Origin: Psammoneis japonica
Lineage: Eukaryota
Direction: 5' to 3'
DNA length: 64,000 nucleotides
NCBI GenBank assembly: GCA_008632985.1
Contig: QPGO01000076.1
Coordinates: 1 to 64,000 of the forward strand
Shown here: positions 12,410 to 25,495 of the stretch, piece by piece
How the letters are laid out: each line of letters begins with the position of its first letter
How positions within the stretch are numbered: the stretch's first letter is position 1
Position numbers and translations under genes: made by a program
The notes under the pieces: model-generated
Databases searched by the model: none
Seen by the model: only the letters and a program-made list of their open reading frames with translations
Told to the model about the DNA's origin: nothing

Positions 12410-14200
12410 TGTTTGCCACCCCAGGAACACTGCTGCTAGAGGGTTTGGAGTGCAAGCCGTAAGATGGATTCGACAGCAGGGTGGTCGTGCATTGAGCAAT
12501 CGAATGCAACAAACAGGGTGTGAGCAAAAACAACAAACGACAGCTGCACACTCACTTCTGACAACGTGGATGCTCACTTCTGACAACGTCATCAGCAGTG
12601 CACTTTCCCACATGACAATGCACACTCTGCGACAGGAACAAGTGCTCCCGTCTGTGCCACATGGGCCCCCAAGACCTCACCTCCAGATGGAGGGAGTGGG
12701 AAGTTTTCCACAGTTGCCTTCTGTCTTGTAAATCCAAGCCTCCATTCATCCTTTACAACTTCCACCAAAATTGATGAACCTCTCGCATTGAAACAAACTT
12801 CCGCTTTCCATGCACGGGATCATCGCGTTCCTCAACTGCCGCGATCACAAACAAAGCACCAGGTCGAAAAAGAATTTCCGACTCACTCTTGAATTTGGAT
12901 TTTTTCGTCACGTTCACACCCGTTCAACTTTCAATCTTGAAGAGTGCATTCTTGCTCCCACCAAATTTACAACAAGCAACATGCTTTCTCAGAGAGGCAC
13001 TCAAAAAAGCCGGGTCCATCAAGGTGGCTCCAGGACGCAACGAATTGAAACGCGCTCCACCAATGTTGGCACCCCGGTGGACTGTACCTTGAAACACTGG
13101 ACAATCCCGCAACTTGCCTGTCGCCTTGATGACGGCATCCACACGGGCTTTTATTTCCAGACTCAACTTTCCAGAGCGCAAAGCGGAATTCATCTGCTTG
13201 TGGCCACCACCGGTGTGATCCTTCATTGCATTTTTGTCAGTCTCATTGCGATCGAATGTCAGCCGTTTCTTGACAGCGTTTTTCAAAAGCACCAGTGCTC
13301 GCTTTCGTGCCAACTTGATTGTTTTCCGCTCCATCAAACGAGCCTTCAATTCCTCCATGACACCGATCCGTGCAAATGCGAGCTTGATCCAAAAGTGCAA
13401 TTCCCAAATTTTTGAAAGCATCGCCTGCCTGCGAGCTTCTTCACCGCCATTGCATGTGACAATCTGTTGAGAGATGCAAGGAGACAACGAGTTTGTGAGT
13501 TTCTTTTGGGCAGACGACAGGGCAAAATGAACGAAAAACGTAAAGAACAGACAGGTCGAGACGTCCATCTCCAACGGTCCAAACACAAAGGTTTGGCAAG
13601 GCGTTCGCTGAGCCGCAAAAGTTTTGGTGGAAGTGCAAGCAGCAGTGAGTCCTTTCTTCCGAACCAGCCCTGACTCAAGGGTGCCGGATCTGTTCTCGAT
13701 TGACGCACGAGAAGAACGTGACATTTGTGCAGGTGGGCCGCACCCAACAAGCATCATGGGTGAATGCCCCTCGACCCAATCCAACACTTTCTTTTCAGCA
13801 AGCACCAGCATTCAACCGCCGGCCCGCCGCATCAGTGTCGAATGTTCGCACCGCCATTGTCTTTCTGTGTGGTCACAGACGAAAGAGCAACGGCCAGCAC
13901 TGACTTCCCTTCTCAAAGCGCCTGATGAACGAGAAGTGAGAACAAAAGTCGTGTTGTCACCATGTTGATTGATGGGGGCGAGGGCGAGCAATGAAAAGCA
14001 CGAGCTTCGCACCGGGGCTGTTTGATTTTTGTGAGAGACACATTTGCCCGTTGCGTCCTAGCAGGAGAATTGTGCAGAATGGACATCACGATTCAATTGC
14101 GCTCGCCAAGTTTTTCAGCACGAGCTGACGTCACATTCGATTTGAGTTGATCAATTGGACTTAAATCATCCTTCTGGCCTTGTCGGGTTCAGCATCCAGC
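12410..14200 (-). pseudogene. Hypermutated copy of the ~1.8 kb ADP-ribosyltransferase unit (intact-looking copy at 31000-32760)
   Basis: Collinear with 31000-32760. DYTGGGY->DHTGGGH, FLSTS->FLSAS, CGA->TGA premature stop at 12924, terminal TAA->CAA. Confidence 0.9.
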
Positions 14201-14429
14201 ACACATCTACAGTGTCTCACGCATCATGCATTGCTCATCGCTTCTCGAATCACTGTCATGCCATGATGACAGAGACGGATGAGGCCATGTGAAACGTGCT
14301 GCACAAGGAATCCAATCACAGAGAAGGAGGCGCAGGTGGGAAATCTCACAGACCCCATTTGTCAATCATGCCACCTCTTCTCAAAGTGTCAGACAGGTGC
14401 TTGTTTTTTGTTTTGACAACAGAGAACTT

Positions 14430-15650
14430 TGCTGCATGTTTTTAAAGGAGGCACATTTTCTTGTCAAGAGCAACCCGCAGAACAAAGAAGTTGCTCCACC
14501 CATCATGGAACATGGCCTTCAAACATCCACTCCGCAGCTTCAAAAAGAACACTTGGGATGTGCTGCTGCTTTTTTTGTTCTGCTTGTGAACCCAACCCAG
14601 ATCAACCATGTTGTGTGCTTCTGCGGGTGGGGACAACTTTGGCTCACACTGCTGTGCACTGCACCTGTCTTTTCTTTGGCTCTCATGACCTTGCATGACC
14701 ACTCTTTTGTGCTGCACTCTTTTCCTCAAAGTTGCTCTCTGTGTTCTCAAGGCCACCCTTCTTGCACTTCCTTTCCCTCTGTCACTCCTGCGGATGTGCG
14801 CCATCTGCTTTGCTTGTTGCTGTCATTGCCATTGTTGTTGTTGTTGTTGCCCCCAATGTTGCTCAGAGCAAGGCTGCCCAAGAGAGAGACCCAAAATGGC
14901 ACAGGACAAAGACTTGTCTTGACTGTTGTCGCTTGCTGCCATCTGAGCTCTGTGTTCATTGCAAGGAGTGCCACACTGTGCTGGTCAGACTTGACAAAAA
15001 TGGCCAGTGCAAAAGCATGCTCTGCTTGCCAGCACAAATCAGGCAGCTCTTTTTTCTGCTCAGCAGGTGACAGTGCTGCAAAACTTGGAGTGAGAGCCAA
15101 TTGAGCTGCTCTTGGTCAAACTCCATGGTGTGTGGGGCTCTTGCATTTTCTTGTGCGTGCTTTTTGTTGCTGGCCTCTGTTGTCACCAAGGTGCTTGCAA
15201 GATGCAGCTGCAACTTTCTCCAACTTGTTTTGTGGATGGGACAGGAGACACACTGCTTTGTTTTCTCCTCCAGAGAGGAGCTGTCTGCAACATGTTTTTT
15301 GACAAGAATGACAAGAAGATCAATTGACAAGAAATGAGCTTCGCACACATGCAATTGTGCCATCTGCAGGTGTCACAATTTTTCAAAAACCAACCAAGGT
15401 GGCAAAACAACACTTTGATGCTGAGACATTTTTGGCCACAAATCTGGCATTGCTTGGGTTGTCATTTGGGCTGACAGTCAATTTTTCTGGCTGTCACTGA
15501 TCTGCAACATCATGTTTTGTGGCCCAGCATCTTGTTCAGAGTTGACTCATTTGTTTGAAAGAGCTTTGGCTCAATTGCTCATTGCACTTCTTTGTGTTTC
15601 TGCTGAATTTGTCTTTTTGTTGCATGGGGCACCACCACACAAATCAGCTG
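14430..15650. repeat. Second copy of the degenerate segments at 10330-12200
   Basis: Shared blocks as listed for 10330-12200; segment order is swapped. Confidence 0.7.
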
Positions 15651-16539
15651 CTGATCTGCTTCTTGCGTGACAATGGCGGTGTGTGCTGGTGTCCTTGCTT
15701 GTCACATTTCTGACACAGTGGAGAGACTCTCCTCTCAAAACAAGCTCTTCATTGAAGCAAGCCTTTTTTGACAGACACCACAATTGCAAACTTGAGTTCT
15801 TGCCTTCCGCCCAATGTCCACTTGCACTCCATGGCCCTGCTCACAATGTGAGGCAGCTGTCATGATTTGTCACATCATCGTTTGACCCTTGTTGCCACCC
15901 ACACTTCCTGTTGCCACAAGAAATGCCCTTGCATGTTCTTGCAGTCTGTGTTTGCCTGTGGCAGTGGATTTCTCTGGAGGCAAGTGCCAAATGGCATCAA
16001 CTGTCTGTGCAGCTCTTCACATTGTTGATCTGTGAGTGTGCCAACACTGTCTCTTGCAGATTGCAGAAGACTGTGCAGAAAGTTGTTTCAGATGCTGTGC
16101 TTGTCAAAGTGCGGGCACCAATTTGCTTTTGTCAGACAAAAGGACAGGCACTCACTGTGCTGTGCCTGGCTCCAAGACCTGGGCTGCATGAGTGGCAGCT
16201 GCAACCAAGGCTTTGTTGGAGACAGAAAGCCTGTTTGACATTGGGGGGCTTTGTGCAAAGGTTGGCAGGGATGGTTGGTCGCATGTTGCAGAAGCTGTGT
16301 CAACGATGAAATTTTTTCCAACTCGTGCACTGGCCCATCCTCCCATGAGATCTGGACTTGGTGAAACTTCAGACCAGGACAAAAAAAAATGGAGGATGGC
16401 TTGCCACTCTTCATTTCTTCTGACAAAAAGAATCTCATTTCAAAAATGCCACCACAAATGTTTCCATTCTCCTCATGACATTTTGCTGCACAACTCTGTG
16501 TCTTTGTGCTGACAGCATCAGCGCGGTGCTCTTTGAAGC

Positions 16540-17140
16540 TTTGCTCAGCCACTGCCATCCAGCAATCAAACCTTTGAACATGCCAGTTTGCTGCCATGGG
16601 GAGCAAGGTGACAAGAGGCCACAATGCCACAAGATCAACCTTCCTTGCAGCGCTCATTGGCCACAGCTTCAAAGGCTTGTCTGGGGTTGCCCAGGTGCGG
16701 CCAGTGTCAGCATCCTCAGCATGCTGTTGTCAGATTCATTGGTGCCATCACAGAGTCCTTTTGCTGTGGAGCTTGGAAGTCTGCGCTGCTGGTGGGGACA
16801 AGGTGACATGGGGTCACAACCACACAAACAGGCTTGGTGCTGCTCAACCATGTGGTTGTTGCAGCATCACCTGAGATTCACCAGAGGCCACCAAAGTCCC
16901 CAGCTTGCTGTCCTCACATTGACTGGCACCATCATGGGGTCTCTTCATTCTGGAGTTGGGAGTTTGAATTGCACTTCTGGCCAAAAGGACATGACAGGGT
17001 GCACAACTGTGCCATGCCAGAACTCTTGCACTGCTCAGCCACAGCTCTCAAATTGTTGCTTGGATCCACCAGAGACTGCCAGTGCCCTCAGCCTGCCATT
17101 GTTGCTCCTGGGTTGGTTTCCTCAGGTGTTGGTGCCATCA
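16540..17140. repeat. Degenerate internally repetitive element, related to 33410-34050
   Basis: Recurrent motifs CAAGGTGACA..GG.CACAA..CCACAAGATCA.CC and TGCCAGTGCCCTCAGC.TGC..TTGT in both regions. Confidence 0.65.
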
Positions 17141-18341
17141 TGTGGGGAAGTCTGGGCCAACCTGCTGGGGACAATGAGTCAACATGTGGCCAGCACACAA
17201 CAGTGCTGGCAAAGGCAACCACTTGTCAGGGAGGAGGAATGCTGGCAGGATGTTCTGCAGCTGCGGCGCTCCTGTGTCTGTGGGTTCTGCTGCTCTGGCT
17301 GTTTGCAGGCCCACTTCCAGCACAGCTTTGACCAGCTGGTTTCTTGCTCAACCAGCTCTCCCTGCTGTCTGGCTGCAATCACCTGCACAGCCAGCTCCAT
17401 GACCTCTTTTGCCTCTCTGCCTGAAAGTTTCAATGGGCTGCAAAGATCAGCTGCAAAAGCAGCCCCGCAGACAGAAACAAATGTTTGGACAAGCACAAAT
17501 GTGAAAATTTCATTCACAACAAGAGCCTGCTGAGATGACAAAAACTGGGACACCAGCCTTCTTGAAAACCATGCGCTGCATCTGACTGAATCAATTCCAA
17601 ACCTGGCTGCATCCAACAAATGAGAGCTTGCAAAAAGTGCCCAGGACTTTGCACACACCAACAAAAAAAAGCCATGGGAAAGTCAAGAGGCCAGAAGTGT
17701 GAAAAAAGAGCAGGCAGCTCACAGCAAACAACAACAAACTGATGCTTTCCTTTCATGATTTTTTCATTTATTTGTTGAAACTCAGACAAGCAGTTGACAA
17801 AAACAGCAGCCAAGATGAGAAACAAAGTGCTGCAATTGCACACAGGTGGGCAGAAACAGCAGCATTGTGCCACACTTGCCAAAGAAAACATGCCAAACTG
17901 ACAATTCTCTGCATGTCTTCTCTGCCAGGGATCTTTGTCGCAGTGTCTCACAATGAATTGCTGTCACTGAAGCTGACTCTCTTTGAAACATGAAAGATTG
18001 GAGCACAGCATGATGCCAGCTCAGCCAAGAACACCCAGAGATGCAAGACAGCCTCCAAGAGACAATGGGAAAGACAGTGGGGCTGCAGCTCAAAGAGCAG
18101 AGGGGGCAAAGGCAACAGAATGGCAGCACAGGAAAAGAGCACGCACTAAACATCAAACAATGTCAGGTCAGAAAGTGAAGTGACAGGGGCCTCAGGCCTG
18201 TCAACTCTGGCCAAGAAGAAGGTGGCGAGAGGATCTCAGCTTGTAACCACAACATTCTTTACTGGAGTTGACCCTCTAGAGAGAAGTTTTAATTTGCACC
18301 GCAAGCTGCATTCAGTGGCACTTATTTTAGTTGCAATCCTA

Positions 18342-19472
18342 CTACTTTGTTTGGGCCATTACAGCACCGATTCTTGCGCGGACTTCCTCTTGATTCCCAA
18401 GGTATTTGCCTTGCAGGGGTGCAATAGCGTCAGGATGAGGAATGGGCTTGAGGTCTTCGTCCAACTCGTAAACCAACGGAATGCCCGTGGGGATGTTTAA
18501 TCCAGTGATTTCATCGCTCGAAATACCATCCAAATGCTTGACTAGCGCCCTCAAGGTGTTTCCGTGTGCCGCAATCAAAACTTTGTCACCCGACTTGATT
18601 TTTGGCGCCAACACATTGTACCAGTCGGGCATGAAGCGCTGTTCGGTGAGTTCGAGAGATTCCGTAAAGGGCAAATCCTTCTTGTCGACATTCTTGTAAC
18701 GGGGATCCTTTCCTGGATAATACTCGCTGTCCTCGTCAATTTCTGGAGGTGGAATATCATACGATCTTTTTTAATTGAACAAGGAAATCGAAAATAATGA
18801 TGATGAGCATCGCCACGATTATATGTAGAGCTCAGAGACGCGAATAATAGGATTAAGGGCAGACTTACCTGCGCCAAATAAGTACCTGATCCTTTCCATG
18901 CTTGTCAACGGTTTCTTGTTTGTTGAGGCCCTGCAGTGCTCCGTAGAATCGCTCATTCAATCTCCACATGTTGACCTATAGAGAAATAAGCCGCGAGAAA
19001 GTTAGACACCATAATTCACTCTCATTTTTTATGTGGGAACAATCTGAATCTTCAAATCACTTACGATAGGAATGTACATTAGATCCAACTCCTCCAAAAT
19101 GATCCACAAGGTTTTGATTGCACGCTTGAGGACTGACGTGTAGGCAATGTCAAAGGTATAACCTTCTTCTTTGAGCAGCTTTCCTCCCGCGACGGCTTCC
19201 TTGATACCCTCCTCACTCAGCGGACAATCCACCCATCCGGTAAAGCGGTTCTCGTTGTTCCAAGTCGATTCGCCATGACGGACCAAGACCAACGTATATT
19301 TCATATCCAAACACGTGCGTGCTTTTTTGTTATGCGCAGCATGTGAGAAAGCTCCCGGTGAAAACGCATGGGGCTTATTGGCGCCAAAAACGTTTCGGCT
19401 GCCATGAGGAACCGTAAATGCAGAAAGGGCTACCGGTAAGGCTCCCAACAAGAAAACACGCATAGATACCAT
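18342..19472 (-). CDS. gpmA: 2,3-bisphosphoglycerate-dependent phosphoglycerate mutase, plastid-targeted, 3 exons
   Basis: [62 protein letters not shown]. Signal peptide followed by LSA-FTVP. Introns at about 19064-18977 and 18869-18765. Confidence 0.95.
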
Positions 19473-19769
19473 TTTGTTGCAATTATATTCTATTGAGATG
19501 TTTTGTATCTTTCTCGTGTCACCACAATGTTGATGTCGAACGAAAGCGAAGGTGGCGGGAGACACGTCGCGACAGCAAGCGACGAGCAAGAAAAAAAAAG
19601 TGCGGTGGACGGCGCAGTCTGTCGTCGTCAGGAAAATTGTGGTTTGTACTTCTCCCGTACTGCAGAGGGCATTGGCAAACGCGATTACTACGAGCTCGAA
19701 TTTAATGTTTTTAGTAACAACCTCTACGCGTTTTTCAATCACCGCAATGATGAGACATGAGCGGCAGCG

Positions 19770-20838
19770 ATGACGGCTCCCAACGTCACTGCTCACGACG
19801 ACACTGCTCTCCGCCTCAATAACCTTAGCGACTCCTCGGCATGTTGTTCACCCTCTCATCGTGATGGCTTTGCTTTGAATGGATTTGTGATTCTTCCAAA
19901 TGTTTTGAGGCTCCCCTCGTTGCAGCACTGAATGAGCGATTGGAATATGTTTTGCGTGGAACCTATGATCGCGGACAACGACCGGATAAGACACCCAAAC
20001 TCATCAAACTCGACATGATGGCATCTATGTAGAAAATAAAGTCGATACAGGTGAAAAGAAGGAGGAACAAAACAGGGAGAAAAGAACAACAAAAAGAAGA
20101 TCGAAAGGAATCATCGGCCCGCTTGGTTTCTGTGGATCGAGGCAGAATGCCAAGGTGTTGCAAGTCATTAATGTTCATAAATGCGACAAGCTGTTTCGAA
20201 AGCTCGTGACAAGTGCGGATCTTGGTCGTACAGTCGCCAAACTTGCCGGTTGGAAGTACGGTGCCCGTCTTGCGCAGGATCAAGTATGGGCCAAGCCACC
20301 GGGTTCGCCGAGCCTCGTCTATCATCGGGATTCGCCATACTTTATGTTTGACCCACCCCATGTAGTAACAGTATGGATAGCCCTAGATGACATGGAGGAT
20401 GAGGTTGGACCTCTGGTGTACGTTAAGGGATCGCATAAATGGGGCGAAGGACGAGTCGGATCGGCGGGCACCTTTTTTGACCGAGACGGAGGCATGGCAC
20501 TGCTCAAATCTGCGGCTGAACGGGAAGGCATTGTAGACTTTGAAACAGAAGTCGAGTTTGTCAGTACATCAGGACTAGCTGCAGGTGGCTTGTCGATTCA
20601 TAACGGGCGGACGTGGCATGGATCGGGTGCCAATTGCAGTCAATCCAAGCCGAGGAGAGGAATTGGTATTCATTATGTTCCTGCCGAGGTTAAGTTTACA
20701 GCAGAGGCAGCCAAGAGCAAGCTTTGGGGGAGATACGTGCTTTCAAAGAGGAATGGTGAAGATGCAGCCATAGAGGAAGAGCCACAGAGTTTTTCTGCGT
20801 TGCCCGAGGAGGACTTTCCAATCATCTGGCAACCCTGA
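19770..20838 (+). CDS. Phytanoyl-CoA dioxygenase (PhyH) family 2OG-Fe(II) oxygenase
   Basis: [20 protein letters not shown]...[12 protein letters not shown]...[21 protein letters not shown]...RR. The 5' part needs about two frameshifts; divergent from PGAM across ~300 bp. Confidence 0.85.
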
Positions 20839-21202
20839 GACTGCTCACTGTATCTTTCTCCTTTTACGCTCGCAGTCCGCTGTTACCGAGGAGAAGTCGC
20901 AGGCAGTGGATAAACAGTGGCAACAATTCAAGGTCTCTACCCTACCTGACTACCAGACGGCGAATCTTTTTTGGGATGTGGTGATGCTTGTGACGCTATG
21001 GAGTTTCACTTACACCCGAGATTGCTCGTCACAACTACCTTTCTGACGATCGGCTCTCTTTTCGTTTTCATTTTCTCCGAACAACCATGTCAAAGTAGTG
21101 TGTAGGGATATCAATATCAAAGATATGATGACTACTTTTGCTGGCGGCAGCCTCGTTGAGTCGTACAGTAGCTCTCTAACAAGTCCCACATTATTTACTC
21201 TT

Positions 21203-22531
21203 TTATCGACATCCCCTTGAAAAATCAAAAATCACGGGAGCACCTAATTTGTTCTTTTCAATTACTTGATTGAGACCGTCAAGCAACTCCCAGTCTTGGC
21301 AGGCAATGGCCGGGAGATTGTCCAAGCTGGCCTTGTTGTCGTCCAAGTACGAAAAGGATTCCACAAAATTACGAGGCGTGGCTGCAATCGGACTAGCAAA
21401 GTGACTTGTACAGATTCGATCAAAATTGATCTCGCCAACTTGTTTGACCCATTCACGTACTTGATTAGGAGCACGAGCATCGGCAAACGCACGGAGAATG
21501 GGTGCTCGGACGAGACGGTTCTTGAGCGCTTCATATCCAGGGTATTTTCCATTTTCATCTGTTCGCAGTGGCAGAAACACGGCTTGAAGCACAGACTTTG
21601 GCCAAAAGTCAGGGTTAGCCATGGTGGATGGATCTCCTTTATCGAAATACGTTCCAAATATATCAGGAGCGGGTCCTGGAGGAACAAAGACGACGGCATC
21701 GGTAGCAATCAGGGTTTGGGTAGGGCGATGGCAAAAGGCAACCTCCGAAACAGGCCCAGCATTCTCCGGTAGATCAGCATAAAGAGTGCGCATGTCAAAC
21801 TCATCCGCCCATGGTGGAAGTATCGAGTCTGGCTTGGTACAGTCGAGAGGGAAAATACCATCTACTCGATATCCCATATCACAGTCCGTCAAGTCATAAC
21901 CACATGTTCCAAATGGTCCATACTGTCCCGGTGATATCCAAACAGATGCATCAGGATACTTTTTTAGGAATGCCTTCATTGGAGCTTTATGCTCTAGAGC
22001 ATTGCATGGTAAAACGACGTGTCGTACTGGTTGTTCTAAATCATTCAACAGTGAGCAAAACTCTCCGGTGGGCCATTGCGGACTGTGTACCCACAGTCCG
22101 CCACCTGATTTTTCGGAGAGTTGGATCACGTTGGTTCGAATCGTTGCAGTCACATTGGCAAAGACCAAAAGCTGTTCCAGTGCCCAAGCATTACGACCCA
22201 ACGAGTACCGATACGTGGCTCGTTTGAAAAAGGGAGGCGTCAGAGTAGGAAAATAAGATCTGCCGGCGTTTGGGTCTGTGGCTGCTGGTTGGAAGTATTC
22301 TGGAAGAAGATAAGGTGTTTTTTGTGAAGTTACAGCAGTGTTGCCTTCATCCGCTTGGGCAGGACTTGATGCGAGAACATTGCCTGAAAGCGAAAGCAGC
22401 GAAACTTTGCCCCACAATGTTCGGCGATTGATGGTTCCTGGCTCTGGCGTTGACAATCCCAACACAAGCACATGATCCCTCAGAAATGCAAAGCACACAA
22501 GAGCCGATATACAGCTTCTAAGAAGTCCCAT
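21203..22531 (-). CDS. DUF4336-like (metallo-beta-lactamase-like fold) protein with signal peptide and probable Tat-type lumen presequence
   Basis: GGLWVHSP...VRHVVLP..ALEHK, SEVAFCHRPTQTLIATDA, FDRICTSHF; RR...SPAQA presequence. Confidence 0.75.
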   Translation of the reverse strand: MGLLRSCISALVCFAFLRDHVLVLGLSTPEPGTINRRTLWGKVSLLSLSGNVLASSPAQADEGNTAVTSQKTPYLLPEYFQPAATDPNAGRSYFPTLTPPFFKRATYRYSLGRNAWALEQLLVFANVTATIRTNVIQLSEKSGGGLWVHSPQWPTGEFCSLLNDLEQPVRHVVLPCNALEHKAPMKAFLKKYPDASVWISPGQYGPFGTCGYDLTDCDMGYRVDGIFPLDCTKPDSILPPWADEFDMRTLYADLPENAGPVSEVAFCHRPTQTLIATDAVVFVPPGPAPDIFGTYFDKGDPSTMANPDFWPKSVLQAVFLPLRTDENGKYPGYEALKNRLVRAPILRAFADARAPNQVREWVKQVGEINFDRICTSHFASPIAATPRNFVESFSYLDDNKASLDNLPAIACQDWELLDGLNQVIEKNKLGAPVIFDFSRGCR

Positions 22532-22852
22532 AATTCCTGTCTGTGTCTTTTAAAAAACGAGTGACTTTAGCCTGACTGCTGATGTGAAGGCTGTATGCAT
22601 GATGGGAGAGCGAAGCGACGATGGGGATGATGGATGAAGTCTTTTCTGCCTCAGTCTTGTTTCGCGTGTTGGTGGCAGAAATATGAGTGACGTATGCACT
22701 AGGTACTGAGTCTATCGTAGAAGCTACGGCGGCGCCAGCTTCAACTTTGCATGCGGCATCCGTTCTGTTGGTTCGCCCCCCGCGCGCCCATCGCCATCAC
22801 GACAAAACATTCATTATTTCCTTCTGTTTTGCTTTACAAAAAGCATCAAACC

Positions 22853-25495
22853 ATGGTGCTACCAAGACTTACCGCTCTTGCGGCTCTCTTTTTGAACACT
22901 CAAGTGACTGATGCATTTGCAGGAATTAAACCGAGTGGACTTTCATCGACCAAGTTGCAGGTGGTAAGCAAACCTCTCTTTTTGCGCGGCTCTCTACTCC
23001 AGGTGGAAGTGAATTCTGTTGGAACATCAAAGCGAGATTCCGTTTCTTGTCAATTCGAAATTCCCTCTTGTGACATCAAGTATTAGAATTGCAGAGTGCC
23101 GTTGTCAGAAATGGAATCTTTGGCGCACATTGAAGTTGAACTCGGTCGGCATCAGATTTTTCTCTCGAATCCAAGTCTGAAATCTGATTAGCTTTTTCCA
23201 CCATGGAGGATATTGTTTTGCCGTGCGTTTTCTGTAGAGATCAAGACCTTACACTTGTTCTTTTTACCACTTCAATATGACTAGGCATCCTACCCTTCGG
23301 TTGCTTCCGAGATTGATTGGACGCCCTCAATCAAGTCCGGCGACCGCGATAAGATCCTTGGTCCCATTACAAAATACTGTGAAGATTTGCACAAGGTCGT
23401 TCGTCGCAAGACTCGTACCGTCGAGTGCGGGCCCATCAAATTCGGGTCGGATCACCCCATTGTGAGGCAAACAATGGCCACCACTGACACTGCTGATGTT
23501 GAGGGGAGCATTGAGCAAATTATGAGATGCGCCGACAAGGGATTTGATCTGGTGCGAATCACCGTACAGGGACGCCGAGAGGCCACTGCCGCTGCTAAAA
23601 TTCGTGAGGGGCTCTTCAAAAAGGGTTACGACATTCCTCTCTGTGCGATATGCACTTTCAGCCAAAGGTGGCGCTTTTGGTCGCGGATGCCGTGGAGAAG
23701 ATTCGAATCAACCCGGGAAACTTTGCGGACGGACGAAAGGACTTTGAGGAACATGTCTATGAAACCGAAGAAGATTACGTACAGGAACGTGGATACCTTA
23801 CAGAAGCCATGTTACCATTGGTGGAAAAGTGCAAAGAGCTCAATCGCTGCATGCGTATTGGAACCAACCACGGTTCTCTGTCTTCTCGTGTCTTGTCCTT
23901 TTACGGTGACACCCCCCGTGGTATGGTTGAATCGGCAATTGAGTTTGCTGATATTTGCCGCAGTCAGGACTTTCATAACTTTGTCTTTAGTATGAAAGCG
24001 AGTAATCCTCTTGTCATGGTACAGAGCTACCGTCTTTTGGCTGCCGAGCAGTACCGTCTCGGATGGGATTACCCACTCCATTTGGGTGTGACGGAAGCTG
24101 GCGAAGGAGAAGATGGACGTATGAAGTCTGCTATTGGTATCGGAACGCTCTTGGCAGATGGACTGGGGGATACGATTCGTGTTTCTCTCACGGAAGATCC
24201 AGAGAACGAATACGAGCCGTGCAACCGCCTCGGTGAAATCGCAGAAGCTCGCTTGGCCACAACCCGGATGCTCTTGCTCGTCAAGAGGCCGTTCTCCCGT
24301 ATGTCGACACCCGTGATATTACCACCTATGAACGCAGACACGGAGATCTTCCGGAACAACAAGAGGGTGACGAGATTGACGCCCGTGGTTTCTTACACAG
24401 AGACGGATCTGTGATTAGCGCCGTTACGCCAGAAATGCTCTCCAAGGAAAACGCTCCGTATTTGTACAAGGAATTGGGTTGCAAGACCGCCGTGGGAATG
24501 CCTTTCAAGGATGTCGCTACTTCAGATTCGATCCTTGCGAAAGGTCCCAGATGAGGATGATAAGGACGCTCGGACTGCTCTTCGTCGATTAATCGAAGTT
24601 AGTATGGGCGTAATTGTCCCGGCCGAAGAATTGAAAGGGCTCCGCTTCAAAACGCCGTGGCACTTATGGATCTCACTGACGCCGTTGCATGCGACGGAAA
24701 GGTAAGTCTTTATTGTAGGATTAGCTTTAAAGTTTTTTTGTTTCAACTAACTCTGTGAGATTTTTTGCTTTTCAGCTTCCGGAAGGAGCCATTCGCCTGG
24801 CGGTTTCCGTGGATGGTAGTGAGGATGAGGACACTTTGAAAAAGATCAAAGACTTGAAACCATGCATGGTTCTCCTCAACCCTCGCTCGGATTTGTCGCA
24901 TTTGCATTCGGCTCGTCGTCTTTTTGAGGTTCTCAAGGCCAACGACGACAATGTGTCCGTGATTCACCACTTCCAGACCGACATTGATGACTCGAATGAA
25001 TTGGCGCTTCAAATGGGTACCAAAATTGGTTCTCTACTAACCGATGGTGACGGCGACGGTGTTCTTGTGGAGCAGGTGGGCGAGAAGCCGGCCTTTAGCT
25101 TGGACTTTGTGCGAACGACTTCCTTTGCCGTGTTGCAGGGCTGCCGCATGCGAAACATCAAGACCGAATTCGTATCTTGCCCATCATGCGGCCGCACTCT
25201 GTTTGATTTGCAAACCACCACGGCGCGTATTCAGGAGGCAACTGGTCATTTGCCCGGTGTGACTGTTGCGGTCATGGGTTGCATCGTCAATGGTCCCGGC
25301 GAAATGGCAGACGCCGATTTTGGATACGTGGGAACTATCCCTGGGAAGGTCGACTTGTATTATGGAAAGGAAGTCGTAAAGAAGAACATTCCCAATGAAG
25401 ATGCGGTAGATGCATTGATTGATTTGATAAAAGAGTACGGCATGTGGAAAGAAAAGGAAGAAGAGGAAGAGGTCGAAGAAGTCGCATTGGTATAA
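22853..25495 (+). CDS. ispG: (E)-4-hydroxy-3-methylbut-2-enyl-diphosphate synthase (HDS/GcpE), plastid-targeted, with introns and several apparent frameshifts
   Basis: RQTMATTDT, KIRINPGNF, MRIGTNHGSLS, YPLHLGVTEAGEGEDGRMKSAIGIG, FVSCPSCGRTLFDL, MGCIVNGPGEMADADFGYVG. Signal + DAF presequence. Single-base deletions near 23380, 23648, 24265 and 24520-24640. Confidence 0.95.

Larger units (their letters stand above)
9445..18230. other. TpA-depleted, CpA/TpG-rich hypermutated block 1 (degenerate repeats plus ART pseudogene)
   Basis: No TA seen by eye in about 9445-10190 or about 14450-17760; six-frame ORFs are almost Tyr-free and Cys/His/Gln-rich. Confidence 0.9.

Noticed and set aside
9441..18183. 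Dozens of 60-350 aa ORFs in TpA-poor blocks as real genes
   Set aside because: Explained by loss of TAA/TAG; they overlap in all frames and lack domains.
18342..25495. PGAM/PhyH/DUF4336/ispG as a functional plastid gene cluster
   Set aside because: Different pathways and mixed orientations; consistent with ordinary compact gene order.
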